IMG/VR virus record: IMGVR_UViG_3300036861_000596
Location: 1 to 51,604 of that record
Strand: one strand, 5' to 3'
DNA: 51,604 nt
DNA from: a virus
Taxonomy: Duplodnaviria > Caudoviricetes
Part shown: positions 17,688 through 26,785 of the stretch, one piece after another
Layout of the letters: each line of letters starts with the position of its first letter
How positions within the stretch are numbered: position 1 is the stretch's first letter
Notes under the pieces: model-generated
Database searches by the model: none
What the model saw: the letters and a program-made list of their open reading frames with translations, nothing else
Told to the model about the DNA's origin: nothing
Program-made: the position numbers and the translations under genes

Positions 17688-17960
17688 ATGATCCGTATCA
17701 ACCTCGCCCCCAAGCCCCGCCCCCACCATTGGATCGGCATGGCCGGCCTGCGCGGCTGCATACCCGCGGCGTGCGCTAGCTACGCCACGTACGATGACGC
17801 CGTGGACGGCCTAGCCGAGACGCACGACCTTGGCCGGAAGCGACGCGCGGCGCTCCGGCGAGACGGCTACTTGGAACTGAGCCGGCACCGCTACGGTAAC
17901 GAGTATGCCGAGATCACGGAGTGCGACTGCAAGACGCCGGAGGAGCATGACGATGGCTAG
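17688..17960 (+). CDS. Early hypothetical protein
   Basis: Strong RBS, 90 aa. Confidence 0.7.
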   Translation: MIRINLAPKPRPHHWIGMAGLRGCIPAACASYATYDDAVDGLAETHDLGRKRRAALRRDGYLELSRHRYGNEYAEITECDCKTPEEHDDG

Positions 17961-18330
17961 TCAGACGGCACATACGCCGGGGCCGTGGTCGTTTGGGGGC
18001 AAGAGTCAGGAAGGGCAGACAGTTGTCTACGCTGTCAACCCGCACCACCGGGGCGAGGAATGGGTAGCCGACTGCAATACGGGGCATCACTCCGCGAAAG
18101 AATGCGTGGCCAACGCCCGCCTGATCGCAGCGGCGCCGGAGATGCTCGCCACCGTCGAGAATCTAGCGCGCGTATTAGTGCAGGCGACGGATGCTCGCCA
18201 CATGCCAGACTGCAACATCTACCACTCGTTCACGGCGACCGTATGCGATTGTCCCTACCGTCACATCTGGGCCGGCGCGACGGTCGCACTGGAGAAGGCC
18301 CGCGCCCTGCTGCGCGCCGTGGAGGGGTAG
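17953..18330 (+). CDS. Phage HTPGPW...ANARLIAAAPE family protein
   Basis: Both hallmark motifs present. Confidence 0.8.
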   Translation: MASQTAHTPGPWSFGGKSQEGQTVVYAVNPHHRGEEWVADCNTGHHSAKECVANARLIAAAPEMLATVENLARVLVQATDARHMPDCNIYHSFTATVCDCPYRHIWAGATVALEKARALLRAVEG

Positions 18331-18332
18331 CC

Positions 18333-18653
18333 GTGAGGCAGCGCGACCCACTACCGCCTCCGTTCCCGGTTGGTGCTCGCGTCCAGTATCTCGGACCTAC
18401 CCGATCCACTTATCTCCAGCCTGGAGACGTCAAGGTGATTGTCCGCGTTCACGCCGGCCGACGTGGGACAGGCCAGCAATTGCGGGATGACGACGGACCA
18501 ATGATTTACGAGGACACCGGCGAGCCGATCCTTGACGAGACACGGGACGGACGGTCGGTGTGGACCTACACCGACGAGCGAGGCCGTGAACAAGGCAGGC
18601 TCATTTGGCCAGCAGACGCGCATACGTGGCGCGCGGTGGAGGGTGCATCATGA
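18333..18653 (+). CDS. Hypothetical protein
   Basis: GGAGG RBS and GTG start; coupled to neighbours. Confidence 0.6.
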   Translation: MRQRDPLPPPFPVGARVQYLGPTRSTYLQPGDVKVIVRVHAGRRGTGQQLRDDDGPMIYEDTGEPILDETRDGRSVWTYTDERGREQGRLIWPADAHTWRAVEGAS

Positions 18654-18793
18654 AACCCCCACGCTGTCTCGGTTGCGGCCGTCACCCCCGCGTCTGCTGG
18701 ATCATGCCGTGCCTGGTACTCGAAATCGCCCTCGCCAAGGGCCGGCGGGCGACGCTGGCGTGGGGCCGGCAGGCGGGGCTGATGGTGCGCTAG
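18650..18793 (+). CDS. Small Cys-containing protein
   Basis: MKPPRCLGC; ATGA overlap. Confidence 0.5.
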   Translation: MKPPRCLGCGRHPRVCWIMPCLVLEIALAKGRRATLAWGRQAGLMVR

Positions 18794-18882
18794 AGTCCCC
18801 GTCTGGGGTAGACTAGGCCGGTACGAGTTGACCACGGTTAACGCATGGCGGGGCCCCACGGGGGGCCCAGAGGAGACAGACT

Positions 18883-19056
18883 ATGGATACCCTCACAACC
18901 CTGAGGCAGACCCTCGAACAGGCCGGCGCCGACGTCGATCCGCACGGTAGCGGCCTCGCCGTCGTCACGCACTACGATACCGAGCGGCTCGCCGCCATCG
19001 CACGCCGGGCGGGGTACACCGTCAGATACACACCGGACGGATTTATCGCCGAGTAG
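18883..19056 (+). CDS. Hypothetical protein (57 aa, not in ORF track)
   Basis: AGAGGAG RBS; MDTLTTLRQTLEQAG...FIAE. Confidence 0.65.
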   Translation: MDTLTTLRQTLEQAGADVDPHGSGLAVVTHYDTERLAAIARRAGYTVRYTPDGFIAE

Positions 19057-19106
19057 ACTAGACGAACGCACGGCGGGCCCCGCGAGGGGGCCTAGAGGAG
19101 ACTAGA

Positions 19107-19310
19107 ATGACCAGCCAGATCGAGGAAACCCGCTACTACGGTACGGACACCGAGACCTACCGCCTGCACTCGGACGGGCGCGTGGACGTGGTCAGCCACG
19201 AGACCGGACAGACGTGGCAGACGACCCGGGAGCAGATCCCGGCCGCCGCCATCCCTCTTTCCGCTGCGCTGGTGCCCGACGTCGATTGGGGAGACGTAGG
19301 GGGCCACTAG
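19107..19310 (+). CDS. Hypothetical protein
   Basis: AGAGGAG RBS, 67 aa. Confidence 0.65.
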   Translation: MTSQIEETRYYGTDTETYRLHSDGRVDVVSHETGQTWQTTREQIPAAAIPLSAALVPDVDWGDVGGH

Positions 19311-19313
19311 GGC

Positions 19314-19342
19314 TTGACACACCGCGCCAACCTTGCTAGACT
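19314..19342 (+). promoter_or_regulatory. Sigma70-type promoter
   Basis: TTGACA-17 nt-TAGACT with extended TG. Confidence 0.8.
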
Positions 19343-19395
19343 AGCGACTAGGGCCCGCGCCGTCGAAGCGGGCCCAGAAGGAGGCGCTGCGACTG

Positions 19396-19749
19396 ATGGA
19401 CCGACCCATGCGCAACACCGACTCGCTGTACATCCGCGGGATCCCCGAGGAGATCCGGGAGGCCGTCAAGCTGCGGGCCCAGAACTCGGGCTCGACGCTC
19501 CAGACCGCCGTCGCCGCGCTGTGCGCCGGCTACTTGGCGGGAGAATACACGCCCAACCTCGGCAAGCCGATCCGGTGGGTCATCCCCCCGGAGATGCGGG
19601 AGGCCATCGCCCTCCGCCAGGCTGCGACGGCTCAGCGAGCGGCGGTCCGCTCGCAACTCCGCAAGATTCGTATCGTTTATCGACAACCACGCGGGAGCAA
19701 GCGGCCGCCGTCAACGGCGTTGTACACGCCCCCGTTGAGGGTCATCTAG
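19396..19749 (+). CDS. Ribbon-helix-helix-like DNA-binding protein
   Basis: SLYIRGIPEEIREAVKLRA resembles Arc/FitA-type RHH; AAGGAGG RBS. Confidence 0.6.
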   Translation: MDRPMRNTDSLYIRGIPEEIREAVKLRAQNSGSTLQTAVAALCAGYLAGEYTPNLGKPIRWVIPPEMREAIALRQAATAQRAAVRSQLRKIRIVYRQPRGSKRPPSTALYTPPLRVI

Positions 19750-19814
19750 TCCCAGTTGGGACGCCTTCAGAAGCTTGACAGGCCTGCACCCCCGCTGCGA
19801 ACATCGCCCCCACG

Positions 19815-20588
19815 ATGAGTCCACTTACCGACTACCAGTACCGGCGATTCGTCGCCCGGTTCAACGAGTACCAGGCGGGCCACCCGTCGCCACTACTGGT
19901 CGAGCAGCTCCGGGAGTGGCTCGCCACTCTCCCGGTGAGCGCTCAGGCACATGCCCGGGCCGCGCTTAAGCGGGCCCTCGGGCGCCTCGTCGAGTGGGAC
20001 GACGTGGGCGTCGCTCGCTATCGTCGGAATCGCGCCACCCTCCAGGCCAGCATCTTGAGCACCCGTGAGCAGGACACTCTCCTCGCCAGTCTCCAGACGA
20101 GCCGGGAGCGGGCGGCCGCACATTGCCTGTTCACGCTACGCCGGGTGGAGGTGGCGCGGATGGCGTGGTCGGATATCGATTGGGCTGAGCGGGTCGCCTA
20201 CATCCCCCGGGGCAAGCAAGACAAGCCGCGGTGGACCCTGTTGTCGGCGGGGGCCGTCGAAGCGCTCGCCATGCTCTACGCCGAGGAGGCGCGCCCCACA
20301 TCGGGGCCGGTGTTCCGGTCGTTGCGGGGCGGCCACCTGCGGCCGAACAGCCTGGGGACGTGGTTCGACGGGCTGGTCCGGCGGGCGGGGCTCAAGCGCC
20401 CCGGCCGTAACTGCCACGCCCTCCGCCGGACGATGGCGACGAGCTACCTCCGGGCCAACCCCGGCGATCTAGACGGCTTGCGGGAGGTGATGGGGCACGA
20501 ATCCATCGCCACGACGGTTCTGTACAACTACCCCCAGCCGGCCGATCTAGCCCCGCGGCTCGCCCGCGCCCTCTCGCACTGCCGATAA
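19815..20588 (+). CDS. Tyrosine recombinase/integrase
   Basis: LRRVE (R), RGKQDK (K), HALRR (HxxR), MGH, TTVLY (Y). Confidence 0.9.
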   Translation: MSPLTDYQYRRFVARFNEYQAGHPSPLLVEQLREWLATLPVSAQAHARAALKRALGRLVEWDDVGVARYRRNRATLQASILSTREQDTLLASLQTSRERAAAHCLFTLRRVEVARMAWSDIDWAERVAYIPRGKQDKPRWTLLSAGAVEALAMLYAEEARPTSGPVFRSLRGGHLRPNSLGTWFDGLVRRAGLKRPGRNCHALRRTMATSYLRANPGDLDGLREVMGHESIATTVLYNYPQPADLAPRLARALSHCR

Positions 20589-20630
20589 CCACGCCCGAGC
20601 AGCCCGAAGGCGGGGGGCAACCCTTACGGC

Positions 20631-20659
20631 TTGACAACGTAGACGATATAGGCTAGCTT
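20631..20659 (+). promoter_or_regulatory. Sigma70-type promoter
   Basis: TTGACA-17 nt-TAGCTT. Confidence 0.7.
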
Positions 20660-20880
20660 GATAGTGCGAACGCAGGAGTGCGCTAGGGAGAACGGAGGAG
20701 AGCATGAAAGCCGAAACGTGCGTCCGAATCGAGCTGACGGGGGAGGAGCTGGCGCGCCTCATCGAATGTGGGTCTGTCTACCTAACCGAGGCCATCGGGG
20801 GAAAGTGCCTCATCGCTGCGTGGTCGGTACCCACGACGGGGGGGCTGATGCTCGAATTTCAGGCAGAGGGAGGATGAGCG

Positions 20881-21183
20881 ATGGCTGACAGTCTCGCCGC
20901 GTTGCTAGACGGGCTGGGCCAGACGGCGGACGAGGTGGCCGAGTTTCTCCAGGGGCAGGGGTGCATGGGGATACGTGGCCACCCTCACCTGTGTCCCGTT
21001 GCTCACTATCTCGCGCGCATGCACGGAGAGCATTGTGCCGTCGCGTCCCACATTGTCGTCAACGAGACGCACAGAGCCGTCGTCGATACCCCACCTGCCG
21101 TCCGAGACTTCATCGTCCGATTTGACGCGGGAGACTATCCCGAGTTGAGGTATCCCGCGTCAGAAACTGGAACACCCACGTGA
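20881..21183 (+). CDS. Hypothetical phage protein
   Basis: 100 aa; CPVAHYL...FDAGDYPEL. Confidence 0.65.
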   Translation: MADSLAALLDGLGQTADEVAEFLQGQGCMGIRGHPHLCPVAHYLARMHGEHCAVASHIVVNETHRAVVDTPPAVRDFIVRFDAGDYPELRYPASETGTPT

Positions 21184-21404
21184 CCTGGGACACCCGCGCC
21201 ACCACCCTCGACCCCGGCCTCACCGCGATCACCCTCCGCGCCCGGCATGAGCAAGCGGGGCACTACGTCGCGGTGCGGGAGTGGGAGCGGCGTCGCCAGC
21301 GCCGACGAGTGCTAGAGGCCCTGGCCGGCGGGCTCGTCCTCATCGCCGTCGTCGGGCTCGTGGGGTGGGCCGTGTACTGCGTGGGAGGGCTCGTACATGG
21401 GTAG
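21180..21404 (+). CDS. Small membrane protein
   Basis: C-terminal hydrophobic helix; coupled. Confidence 0.55.
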   Translation: MTWDTRATTLDPGLTAITLRARHEQAGHYVAVREWERRRQRRRVLEALAGGLVLIAVVGLVGWAVYCVGGLVHG

Positions 21405-21606
21405 GCTCGACCCTCGCATCCTCCGCCTCATCTGGAGCCGCTGGACCCCGGAGCGGCCGGAATTGCTCGTGCGGAGGAAACGTGTCGTGAGAACGGACGA
21501 CGACCACGACGACGCCTGTAGCGCCTGCGGGGCTACCTGGACGCACCTTGCGGAGGATCACGAGCCGTGCGGGGACCTGTGCGGGCACTGTCACCAGCGG
21601 GACTGA
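21397..21606 (+). CDS. Small Zn-binding protein
   Basis: CSAC and CGHC motifs. Confidence 0.5.
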   Translation: MGRLDPRILRLIWSRWTPERPELLVRRKRVVRTDDDHDDACSACGATWTHLAEDHEPCGDLCGHCHQRD

Positions 21607-21638
21607 AGCCCGACGGACCGAATCGGGAGGGAGGGTAG

Positions 21639-21944
21639 ATGAACCAGCGTTCAGCCGATGCCTTGATGCGAGCCGCACTCGACGGGGTGCGGCAAATCGT
21701 CGGGAACTACACGGACGGCCGGGGTGGCTATTGCGCGATGGGGGTCATCCAGCGGAACGCTGGGTTTGTACACGACGAGAGTTTGTCCCGTTACGCACGC
21801 GTCTGTCCCGAATGCGGGCCATTCAAGATCCCGTTTCACACCGAACGTGACCTGATCATCCACCTCAACGACCACCACCACTGGGACTTCCTCACCATCG
21901 CCCGCAAGCTCGGCCCGTCGTCGGGATTGGAGGACGAGGCATGA
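21639..21944 (+). CDS. Hypothetical phage protein
   Basis: YCAMGVI...HLNDHHHWDFLTIA; RBS present. Confidence 0.65.
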   Translation: MNQRSADALMRAALDGVRQIVGNYTDGRGGYCAMGVIQRNAGFVHDESLSRYARVCPECGPFKIPFHTERDLIIHLNDHHHWDFLTIARKLGPSSGLEDEA

Positions 21945-21978
21945 CTTGGCGAGAGCGAATCACTGAGGAGCGCGAACC

Positions 21979-22308
21979 ATGACCTGGCGGGAGCGGCTTG
22001 TGGCGGCTCGGGAGCGGGGCGCGTTCACCGACGAAGATCGTCTGCTAGCCGCGCATTGGCGTAGTTGCGCGGTCGGTGAACAACACGCGGCGATGCCGAC
22101 GGTCGTGATCTACGACCGTTGGAGGCATCACAATCCTGTCGGATGTAACTGCAATATCTGCCTGTTTCCAGCGGATGCAGAGTTAGTCGCGCTCGGGGGC
22201 CAGAATGGATTCTGCGGCGCGGTCCTTAGCAACGACTTTGCCGCTGCCGAGGGCTCTCTCGACGCGATCGAGGACCGTGTGCTCCAGCTCAAGCGAGGCG
22301 AGCGATGA
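21979..22308 (+). CDS. Hypothetical phage protein
   Basis: 109 aa, GAGGAG RBS. Confidence 0.65.
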   Translation: MTWRERLVAARERGAFTDEDRLLAAHWRSCAVGEQHAAMPTVVIYDRWRHHNPVGCNCNICLFPADAELVALGGQNGFCGAVLSNDFAAAEGSLDAIEDRVLQLKRGER

Positions 22309-22460
22309 TGAGGTGCCCCCGCTGCGGCGCCCGAACCCGCCACCTGTTCCGCCTCGCTGGTCGCCTCGTCTGCCGGCGGTGCGTGCTCCGGGAGATGAAG
22401 ATAAATCCCCCCGCCGTGTACGAACGAGCAACCGGCTAGCTTTCCCACGGGAGGGAAAAC

Positions 22461-22835
22461 ATGGCTCATCGTCGCACCATCGACCCCACCGCCAGCCGTC
22501 TCTACGTCATCACGGCGCCCCGTGAGCGCATGGACTCGGCCATACGCCAACAGGTGCAGGATAGCCGCGTCATTCTGTCTGGTGACGCCCGTGAGATAAC
22601 GGAATGGGCGACCCGGATGGGGCTCACCCCCGCGGCCCTCGTCGAGCAGGTGCTCGCGTGTTGGGTCGCCGACCGCCGGAATGAGGGCCATACCGTCGTT
22701 TGTCGGTGCTGTCCCTGCCGGCGGGAGGAGTGGCGGGCTGAACCCGTCGCCTACGCGAAGGCGACCCGGGAGGATGCGTTGGCGCCGCTAGGTTTGGACG
22801 GTCCAGTAGCGCGTCGGGAGCGCGAGGTGCTGTGA
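22461..22835 (+). CDS. Hypothetical protein
   Basis: GGAGG RBS, 124 aa. Confidence 0.6.
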   Translation: MAHRRTIDPTASRLYVITAPRERMDSAIRQQVQDSRVILSGDAREITEWATRMGLTPAALVEQVLACWVADRRNEGHTVVCRCCPCRREEWRAEPVAYAKATREDALAPLGLDGPVARREREVL

Positions 22836-23056
22836 CCTACGGCGCTTGCGACGTTTGCTCCCGCCTCGGCCCCGTCACCGCCCTCGTCGTCGCGGAGGAG
22901 ATCGTCGAGGAGTGCATGGCGTGCTATCTGCGGATACGGGCCGTGCGGGGAGAGCCGGCATCCACCCCCGCCCCCGTCGGGCATGTCTGCCAGGACGGCC
23001 GGGTGGTGAGCTACCGGCAGGAGGTGTGTTCGAGGTGTACGGCGTTGGAGGTCTAG
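22832..23056 (+). CDS. Small Cys-rich protein
   Basis: Three CxxC motifs. Confidence 0.5.
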   Translation: MTYGACDVCSRLGPVTALVVAEEIVEECMACYLRIRAVRGEPASTPAPVGHVCQDGRVVSYRQEVCSRCTALEV

Positions 23057-23134
23057 GTGGGGAGGGCCTGTATCGCCAGGCCCGGGGAGCGAGGGGGCCG
23101 CCCGTAGGCACACAGGCCCCTCTACTATAACCGT

Positions 23135-23698
23135 TTGCATGACACCCCCGCCCCGACGGGGGCTCACCCAGGAGGGCTGGATGAGTACGACATGGACAGT
23201 GCTGAACTGGAAAAGTGCTACGAGACCAATCATATCCGATGGATACGAGTCGCGGTCGAGTGGGGAGCGGGTCGCCAGAGCGCCGAGGACATGGTCCACG
23301 ACGTAATGGTGTGGCTCCTCGAAGGGGTGGACGGGCCTTCCTCAGGGGAGGCGCTAGAGGATGCCGTCGAGCGGCTGATCCGACGGCGCGTCTCGGAGGG
23401 GCGGCGGGAGCAGGAGGAGCAGGCGACCCTGCCACGCACCCCCACGCTCGACCAGCTCGACGAGCGCGGGATCGTGCATGGGGCGGTGGCGGCGCTCTCT
23501 CCGGCCCAGCAGACCGTGGTATGGCGGTGTTTGACACAAGGGGCGACGGAACGGATGGTCGCGCAGGAACTCGGCGTGCATCCGGGGACCGTCCAGGTCC
23601 ATCTCCGGCGGGCGAGGCGGCATCTCCAGACCCAGCTCGAAGGACTGGGCGCGGGGCGTAAGATCCGGCACGAGCGTCGCCCACGACGAGACCGTTAA
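23135..23698 (+). CDS. ECF-like sigma70 factor (start uncertain, possibly 23192)
   Basis: Region 2 AEDMVHDV; region 4 LSPAQQTVV...VAQELGVHPGTVQVHLRRARRHL. Confidence 0.8.
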   Translation: MHDTPAPTGAHPGGLDEYDMDSAELEKCYETNHIRWIRVAVEWGAGRQSAEDMVHDVMVWLLEGVDGPSSGEALEDAVERLIRRRVSEGRREQEEQATLPRTPTLDQLDERGIVHGAVAALSPAQQTVVWRCLTQGATERMVAQELGVHPGTVQVHLRRARRHLQTQLEGLGAGRKIRHERRPRRDR

Positions 23699-23736
23699 GC
23701 CCGGCCGGTGAGCCGGGTACGGTTAGGGGGAACGGG

Positions 23737-24063
23737 TCAGCCCGTGGGGGCTGGCCCGCTCTCGTCTCGGGGATAGGCTCGCCAACCCGGGAGCGTGCCC
23801 GTACAGTCGGGATACTGGCTACACCCGAGGAAGGGCTTGTACGGGCCGTGGCACCACCGCATCGTCTCCCCACATCTGGGACACCGGGGCAACTTCGCCG
23901 CCCAGTACGCCCGCTTGATCCTGGCGATGTAAACCGCCTTCTCGCGGGGCCGCATCGTCATCCTGTCCGGTCCGAGTAGTTGAGTAAGATATTCTTGTTT
24001 CGTATCTCCTGTTGTAGTATGAGAGGGGGGTATTTCTTTTTCACTCGATTTCCTCCGACGCAC
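23737..24063 (-). CDS. Topoisomerase-type C4 zinc-ribbon protein
   Basis: CPRCGETM...FLGCSQYPDC. Confidence 0.7.
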   Translation of the reverse strand: MRRRKSSEKEIPPSHTTTGDTKQEYLTQLLGPDRMTMRPREKAVYIARIKRAYWAAKLPRCPRCGETMRWCHGPYKPFLGCSQYPDCTGTLPGWRAYPRDESGPAPTG

Positions 24064-24811
24064 CCGCCGGGATCGCCTTTAGAATCAACCCCTTACCTGC
24101 CCATGAGGGGTCGATCCTGATGGGGGTCTTTAAACCGAACGCGCGAGATTTATCTGGCTCCAATGTCGTGCGGTAAAGTCCGTCCCGCCGAGCCCGTCCC
24201 CGGTAGCGCGTGTGGTACATGATGGCGTCGGCCATCCCCAGCCACGCCTTCGCCCCCCGCACCGTCCGCCGGTAACCCTCCTCGTGGATCTTCTCGTGCT
24301 TCAGGACGAGGATGGTGGTCTCGTTGGCGGCGGCGTGCTGGACCCGGCGGAGCCCCCGGACGCGGCGGGTCGCCTCGGCGTTGTCGTTCTCGTCCTTGAT
24401 GGCGAGGGCGGGGGTGGCCGTGTCGATGACGATGAGGCCGGGCTTGAAGGTGGCCGCCGTCGCCAGCATCGACGGCTCCCAGTCCTCGGCCAGGGTGAAG
24501 TGTTCGAGCTGGAGCATGGCGTCGAGTTCGGGGGTGGGCGGGCAGCCGAGCCCCTCCCATACCCACCGGCAGTATTGCTCGAAGTCCTGCCGGGCGTTCT
24601 CTACGTCGTAGTAGAGGACCCGGGCCCGCTCGACGGGGTGGGCGAGGAAGGGGAGACCGGCCGCCACGCAGAACGCGAGTTGATAGGCTAGCACAGACTT
24701 CCCGACCCCGGGCTCCCCCGCCAGGACCACCAACGAACCCCGGGAGAGCACCTCTTCCACGACCCACCGCGGTTTCGTCTCTTCCCGCAACAACACCTCG
24801 GACGGCTTCAT
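24041..24811 (-). CDS. RepA/AAA_25-like RecA-fold helicase
   Basis: GEPGVGKS, VLYYDVEN, LIVIDT, LKHEK, RGAKAW; GGAGG RBS. Confidence 0.85.
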   Translation of the reverse strand: MKPSEVLLREETKPRWVVEEVLSRGSLVVLAGEPGVGKSVLAYQLAFCVAAGLPFLAHPVERARVLYYDVENARQDFEQYCRWVWEGLGCPPTPELDAMLQLEHFTLAEDWEPSMLATAATFKPGLIVIDTATPALAIKDENDNAEATRRVRGLRRVQHAAANETTILVLKHEKIHEEGYRRTVRGAKAWLGMADAIMYHTRYRGRARRDGLYRTTLEPDKSRAFGLKTPIRIDPSWAGKGLILKAIPAGASEEIE

Positions 24812-24831
24812 AGACAGACCTCCTCACTCTC

Positions 24832-24860
24832 ACCGTTTGCATGACAGTCATGCAATCGGT
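24832..24860. promoter_or_regulatory. Palindromic operator-like site between divergent genes
   Basis: ACCG-T-TTGCATGAC-A-GTCATGCAA-T-CGGT. Confidence 0.6.
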
Positions 24861-25742
24861 AAGGGTGTGGAGAGTAGCGCGGCCTACAGCCCGACCCAGA
24901 CCGAGACGTGGGCCACCTGCCCCGTCAAGTGGTGGCTCACGTACCAGGAGAAGTGGCGTCCACGGCGCTGGGGAGTGCCCCAGCTCGCCGCGCTCGTCGG
25001 CTCCGCCGTCCATGCTGGCCTCGCCGTCTACTATCGGGACCGCCTCGTCGGGACCCCTCCCCCGGCGACCGGGCGACCGGCCCTCCTCACCACCGCCATC
25101 ATGGCGGCCCAAGCCACGCTTGCGGCCGAGCTGGTGGTGGTGCGTGAGGGGGGCTACGTCGTCCAGCCGCAGCAGGAGGCGAGCCTCGCCGGGCTGCCGG
25201 CCCGGGTGGAGCGCGTGCTGACGAAGTTCGTCGAGCAGGACCCCATCCCGGCCCCGTGGACGATCAAGGGGGTCGAGCTGGAGATGCCCCGTGCAGGCCA
25301 CGCCCGTCTCGACCTGGCGGTCGAGGACGAGATGGGGCCGGCGGTGCTCGATTGGAAGTACAAGGGCACGCTCGATAAGCGGTACTACGACAAGGAAGTG
25401 GCGCGGTATCGACACTCGTGGCAGATGCGGCACTACTGTTGGGGGTATGGCGAGCTGCTGGGCGAGCCGGTGAGCCGCTACTACGTCGGCCTCATCGTCG
25501 GGGACCCCTTCCAGGTCAGCCTGCTCCAGTACGACCTGGCCCCCGAAGACCAAGCAGCATGGCTCCAGTCGGCCCAGCGTATCTGGACCCACATGGACGC
25601 GATGAAGGCGGGGCGGGAGGAGCCGTGGATGAGCCCGACGCACGAGACGGTCTACGGGCCGTGTGAGTTCCAGGACATGTGCCTACGGTGGCGATGGGAT
25701 GAGAACCTGGCCCAAACCGACTACGTGAGGAGGGTGAGATGA
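24837..25742 (+). CDS. PD-(D/E)XK exonuclease (RecB/Cas4-like)
   Basis: SPTQ..CP..W, GSAVHAGL, RLDL, VLDWK, QMRHY, CEFQDMC. Confidence 0.85.
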   Translation: MHDSHAIGKGVESSAAYSPTQTETWATCPVKWWLTYQEKWRPRRWGVPQLAALVGSAVHAGLAVYYRDRLVGTPPPATGRPALLTTAIMAAQATLAAELVVVREGGYVVQPQQEASLAGLPARVERVLTKFVEQDPIPAPWTIKGVELEMPRAGHARLDLAVEDEMGPAVLDWKYKGTLDKRYYDKEVARYRHSWQMRHYCWGYGELLGEPVSRYYVGLIVGDPFQVSLLQYDLAPEDQAAWLQSAQRIWTHMDAMKAGREEPWMSPTHETVYGPCEFQDMCLRWRWDENLAQTDYVRRVR

Positions 25743-25927
25743 ACGTGGCGTTGGCGAAGAAGTATCTCGACGCAGCCGAGACGCTGCTTTGCAGTTTGGA
25801 GTCGGGAGCAGACTTGCTCGGTTTCAGTGATCTAGCAAACAGCTTGTTTGCAGTGAGGTCTGATGTACATGCGGCCTATTTGTACTTGAACGAGGAGCCC
25901 GAGCCCAACGACGAGGTGCCGTTCTAA
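25739..25927 (+). CDS. Hypothetical protein
   Basis: 62 aa ending in DEVPF. Confidence 0.55.
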   Translation: MNVALAKKYLDAAETLLCSLESGADLLGFSDLANSLFAVRSDVHAAYLYLNEEPEPNDEVPF

Positions 25928-26641
25928 GTGCGCACCAAATTCGACCTCGACCTCGTCAAGGCGGATCGGCTCACCGTGCTCATCCATGGTGGCTATGCCG
26001 TCGGCAAGACCCACCTCATCGGCGACATGCTCAAGCATGAGAAGCAGGCCGGGGCGGTGGCCTTCGTTAACGTCGCCGGGGAGGATGGCCACCTCTCGGT
26101 ACCGCTCGGGCTGGGGGCGATTGGCGAGACCGTCGAGAGCGTCGCCGACTTCGAGGAGATGCTCGCCGAGTACGGGAAGGCCCCTCGCCACGCCATCGGC
26201 ATCGACAGCATGAAGGCGCTCGTCCGCCTCGTCATGCTGAAGGCGTGCGGGGGGCGCATGCCGGAGAAGACCGACTACATGCAGATCCACTGGATCATGG
26301 AGAACCTCGTCACCAGCCTGCGACGGGTCGCCAGCCTCGTCCTCGCCGTGTGCCCCAGCGACAAGTCGGTGGATAGCCAGATCACGGGGCGCACGATGAT
26401 TACCCCCGATCTGCCGGGGCGGGAGGCGCATGGCTCGGCGGGCTGGTTCGATGCCGTGGGGTACATGACCGCCGACGTGCAGGGGCCTAACAAGGTGGCC
26501 CGGAAGGTCAGCTTCACCCCGAATAGCCAGTACGTGACGCGGCAGCGGTTCCGCCGGCTAGTGCCGGACGTGACGCTGCCGGAGGGCGAGGGCGGGTGGG
26601 CGCGCATCTACGGGGCGGTGCAGGAGGCGCTGAAGAAGTGA
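25928..26641 (+). CDS. Sak4/AAA_24-like ATPase (recombinase)
   Basis: GGYAVGKT, IGIDS, PDLPG, WFDAVGY; flanked by nuclease and SSB-like genes. Confidence 0.8.
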   Translation: MRTKFDLDLVKADRLTVLIHGGYAVGKTHLIGDMLKHEKQAGAVAFVNVAGEDGHLSVPLGLGAIGETVESVADFEEMLAEYGKAPRHAIGIDSMKALVRLVMLKACGGRMPEKTDYMQIHWIMENLVTSLRRVASLVLAVCPSDKSVDSQITGRTMITPDLPGREAHGSAGWFDAVGYMTADVQGPNKVARKVSFTPNSQYVTRQRFRRLVPDVTLPEGEGGWARIYGAVQEALKK

Positions 26642-26785
26642 CCTGGCAAGTCAAGTCCATCCACTGGATCCCCGACGTGGGGTATGTCCTGGAGATCGAG
26701 GACTTCGGGGAGGACGAGGCGGCGGCCCGCACCTACGCCGAGCTGCTACAGGGGCGGCAGGAACGGGTCCGGGTGGAGCGGGTAC

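Noticed and set aside
19775-19804. TTGACA upstream of the recombinase as a promoter
   Set aside because: No convincing -10 element at normal spacing
24837-25742. Cas4-like nuclease as part of a CRISPR system
   Set aside because: No array or other cas genes; context with Sak4 and SSB fits a phage recombination module
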